Of a stretch of 28,344 bases of DNA, positions 25,941-28,344 are shown one piece after another. The notes under the pieces were generated by a model. That model saw nothing but the letters and a program-made list of their open reading frames with translations. It ran no database searches and was not told the origin of the DNA. Position 1 is the stretch's first letter. The number at the start of each line of letters is the position of its first letter. Origin of the DNA: a virus (taxonomy: Duplodnaviria; Caudoviricetes); the IMG/VR virus record IMGVR_UViG_3300030104_005449, positions 1-28,344 of that record; one strand, 5' to 3'. The position numbers and the translations under genes were made by a program.

Positions 25941-28344
25941 AAAATTTATTACTAATACTATTATTATTACCAACATTTTTGTTAGCACAAGATAGTTGGG
26001 TTAATTTTAAAGTACAATACGATTACTGGGCACCAGGTGAAGCTGAGTTTACATTTGTAACTAATAGTAATGGTGATACAGTATTTTATCATGAAGCTAC
26101 AGTTCCTTATGAATTAGTAGATACATTGATTTACTGTAATTCAGGAGACTATCTTGTTACTTTATATGATTCATTTGGAGACGGATGGCAATCAGGATCT
26201 AATGGAGTACTAGATCCTGTGTATTTTAAAATGGTAAATGATTGTCAAGGATTAATATTAAATTTTGATCCTTTAACAGGGCCTTTTTCAGTATTAGATA
26301 CACTAGTAAATATAAACCCATGTGCTCCTCCAGTAATAGGATGTATGGATCCTATTGCTAGTAATTTTGATTCTTTAGCTACAATTAGTAATCCATCATC
26401 TTGTGTATATCCTCCATGTGCAGGAATTGCTACATCTAATTCTTATGATGTATGTATTAATAATGGTCAATATACACAAATAGTTTGGGAATGGACATTT
26501 GCTAATAGTAATCCTAATTGTAATGTAGGTAATATTATATTATGGAATGAAGACGGATTAGGGCCTTATAATTACGCTCCTGCACCAGTACCTAACTTTG
26601 GTTTTATAGCAGGAAACGGACAGATGCCCCCTAATTGGTCAGTAGAATATTATATACAATTACAATTTACAGATGGTACTTTTTCTGATACTTTAGCTCA
26701 TACTCCTGTACCTTGTATACCAGGATGCACAGATCCTAGCAAACCTTCATATAATCCTTGGGCTAACTTTGATAATGGTTCTTGTGGTTCAACAGGAGCT
26801 GCTTGTGATCCTGAAGACAGAGAAATAACAGTATCGATAACATTAGATAACTGGCCTACTGAAACATCATGGCAAGTCATATCTTTATCAGATGGAGGTA
26901 TTGTAGCACAAGCACCTCAAGGGGATTATGATTATTCAGATATAGGAAATACATATAATTATACATTATGTGTAGATACTTTAGGTTTTGAATTTATAAT
27001 AAATGATACTTATGGTGATGGACTAGTAGGTAGTAGTCAACCTGGAAATGTTGTTATAACAGATTGCGATGACGATACTTTATGGGTATTAACGGATGTT
27101 GCTCCAAATCTTGACTTTGATTATGTAGCTTATTCAGGAGCAATATTTGGAACTGCTTGTAATAATAGTTCTGTTGTTCTAGGGTGTATGGATCCAAACT
27201 TTCAAGAATTTGATCCTACAGCAACTATAGATAATGGTACTTGTTTAACGCCTCATATATATGGATGTATAGATACAAATGCTTATAACTACGATCCTAA
27301 TGCTACAATGATGGAAATATATCCTACTTGTGATTATGAATTATGGATAGGAGATGCAGCGGCAGATGGATGGGGTAATTGTTATATAGGAGTTGCTCAA
27401 GAAGGTGTTTCATTAGGAACATTTACAATGGGCCCTCAATCAGGATATAGTCAAACATTCCCTTTAACATTACAAACAGATATACCTGTAGAAGTATTTT
27501 ATTTTGAAAATAAATCTTTCCAACAAACGGCACAAGAGATAGAATTCCAAACGTGGCAGAACTCATTTAAATTAACTAACGCAGATGGAGTAGTATTAAT
27601 GCATGAAGGAGCCAATCCTTTTGCTAATAATGGTGCAGGAGCTTTACAGCCTTTTGAGGCACCATTTTATGAAAAATATGATGACTTACCATTCTGTGGA
27701 AATTTATGTATACCAAAGGTATTTGGATGTATGGACTCTACATCATTTAATTATAACCCATTAGCAAACACAGATGACGGAAGTTGTATTCCTATAATTT
27801 ATGGATGTACTAATGATTTAGCTTTTAACTATGACTCATTAGCAAATACTGATGATGGTTCATGCTTACCTATAATTACAGGTTGTATGGATCCTGATGC
27901 AGATAATTATAATCCTAATGCAAATACAGAAGATGGATCTTGTTATTATATAGGATGTACAGATATAATAGCATGTAATTATGATTCTACTGCTACTATA
28001 AATAATGGATGTATATATCCTCCTGTAGCTTATATAGATTGTAATGGTGACTGTATTAGTGATGTAGATGGTGACGGTATATGTGATGAAGACGAAATAC
28101 CTGGATGTACTAACCCTCAATCAATTAATTATGATCCGAATGCAACAGATGATGACGGTTCTTGTATACCATTTGTATATGGGTGTATGGATCCTACAGC
28201 GTTTAATTATGACCCTAATGCTAATGTAGATAATGGATCATGTGTGCCTGTTATCTTTGGATGTATAGATTCAACAGCTTTAAATTACAATCCTTTAGCT
28301 AATACAGATAATGGAACATGTATATTACCAGTTATAGGTTGTAC
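25937..28344 (+). CDS. large secreted Cys/Asp-rich repeat protein, more than 800 aa, 3'-truncated
   Basis: Open frame from ATG 25937 to the window end. Signal peptide MKNLLLILLLLPTFLLA-Q. Twelve GC(M/T/I)D..A.NY...A..DDGSC-type repeats. Confidence 0.9.
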   Translation, partial: MKNLLLILLLLPTFLLAQDSWVNFKVQYDYWAPGEAEFTFVTNSNGDTVFYHEATVPYELVDTLIYCNSGDYLVTLYDSFGDGWQSGSNGVLDPVYFKMVNDCQGLILNFDPLTGPFSVLDTLVNINPCAPPVIGCMDPIASNFDSLATISNPSSCVYPPCAGIATSNSYDVCINNGQYTQIVWEWTFANSNPNCNVGNIILWNEDGLGPYNYAPAPVPNFGFIAGNGQMPPNWSVEYYIQLQFTDGTFSDTLAHTPVPCIPGCTDPSKPSYNPWANFDNGSCGSTGAACDPEDREITVSITLDNWPTETSWQVISLSDGGIVAQAPQGDYDYSDIGNTYNYTLCVDTLGFEFIINDTYGDGLVGSSQPGNVVITDCDDDTLWVLTDVAPNLDFDYVAYSGAIFGTACNNSSVVLGCMDPNFQEFDPTATIDNGTCLTPHIYGCIDTNAYNYDPNATMMEIYPTCDYELWIGDAAADGWGNCYIGVAQEGVSLGTFTMGPQSGYSQTFPLTLQTDIPVEVFYFENKSFQQTAQEIEFQTWQNSFKLTNADGVVLMHEGANPFANNGAGALQPFEAPFYEKYDDLPFCGNLCIPKVFGCMDSTSFNYNPLANTDDGSCIPIIYGCTNDLAFNYDSLANTDDGSCLPIITGCMDPDADNYNPNANTEDGSCYYIGCTDIIACNYDSTATINNGCIYPPVAYIDCNGDCISDVDGDGICDEDEIPGCTNPQSINYDPNATDDDGSCIPFVYGCMDPTAFNYDPNANVDNGSCVPVIFGCIDSTALNYNPLANTDNGTCILPVIGC
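27725..28344 (+). repeat. coding tandem repeat, 78-bp (26-aa) unit
   Basis: Units start at 27725, 27803, 27881, 27953, 28103, 28181, 28259 and 28337. Dispersed copies at 26339, 26723, 27182 and 27263. Confidence 0.9.

Noticed and set aside
9928-28120. Minus-strand ORFs within the structural block and the alternative-frame ORF 20626..20811
   Set aside because: They are shadows of well-supported plus-strand genes, with no independent start context or motifs.
8444-28344. Stop-codon reassignment, as in some crAss-like phages
   Set aside because: Long genes are intact in the standard code. TAG (9035-9037) and TGA (25938-25940) act as plausible stops.
27725-28344. CRISPR array or DGR repeats
   Set aside because: The repeats are in frame, vary at synonymous positions and lack unique spacers. 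No cas or reverse transcriptase gene is in the window.
1-28344. tRNA, rRNA, integrase or transposase genes
   Set aside because: None recognised by eye. tRNAscan-SE would be needed to exclude atypical tRNAs.

Overview
AT-rich segment of a tailed dsDNA phage with the gene order of a crAss-like (Crassvirales-related) virus. The host is probably in the Bacteroidota, judged from TAnnTTTG promoter boxes, A-rich starts without Shine-Dalgarno sites, and signal peptides followed by Gln. Positions 1-7860 are minus-strand early/replication genes: a family A DNA polymerase, a spore-photoproduct-lyase-like radical SAM enzyme and many small hypotheticals. Positions 7860-8443 are a divergent control region. 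From 8444 to the end is a plus-strand morphogenesis block: RepL-like HTH, HU/IHF-like protein, terminase, portal, probable scaffold, major capsid protein, ring/auxiliary capsid proteins, fibre and LamG proteins, and a membrane protein. It ends in an 800+ aa secreted Cys/Asp-repeat protein that the ORF track missed because it runs off the window. The most interesting signal is non-coding: several RNA segments just 5' of intrinsic terminators carry an anti-start-codon core (UUCAUAAU) and match the translation starts of specific phage genes over 15-16 nt. One is a standalone promoter-to-terminator unit of about 120 nt. This suggests a phage-encoded antisense sRNA network. All family assignments come from motifs and gene order read by eye; no searches were run.
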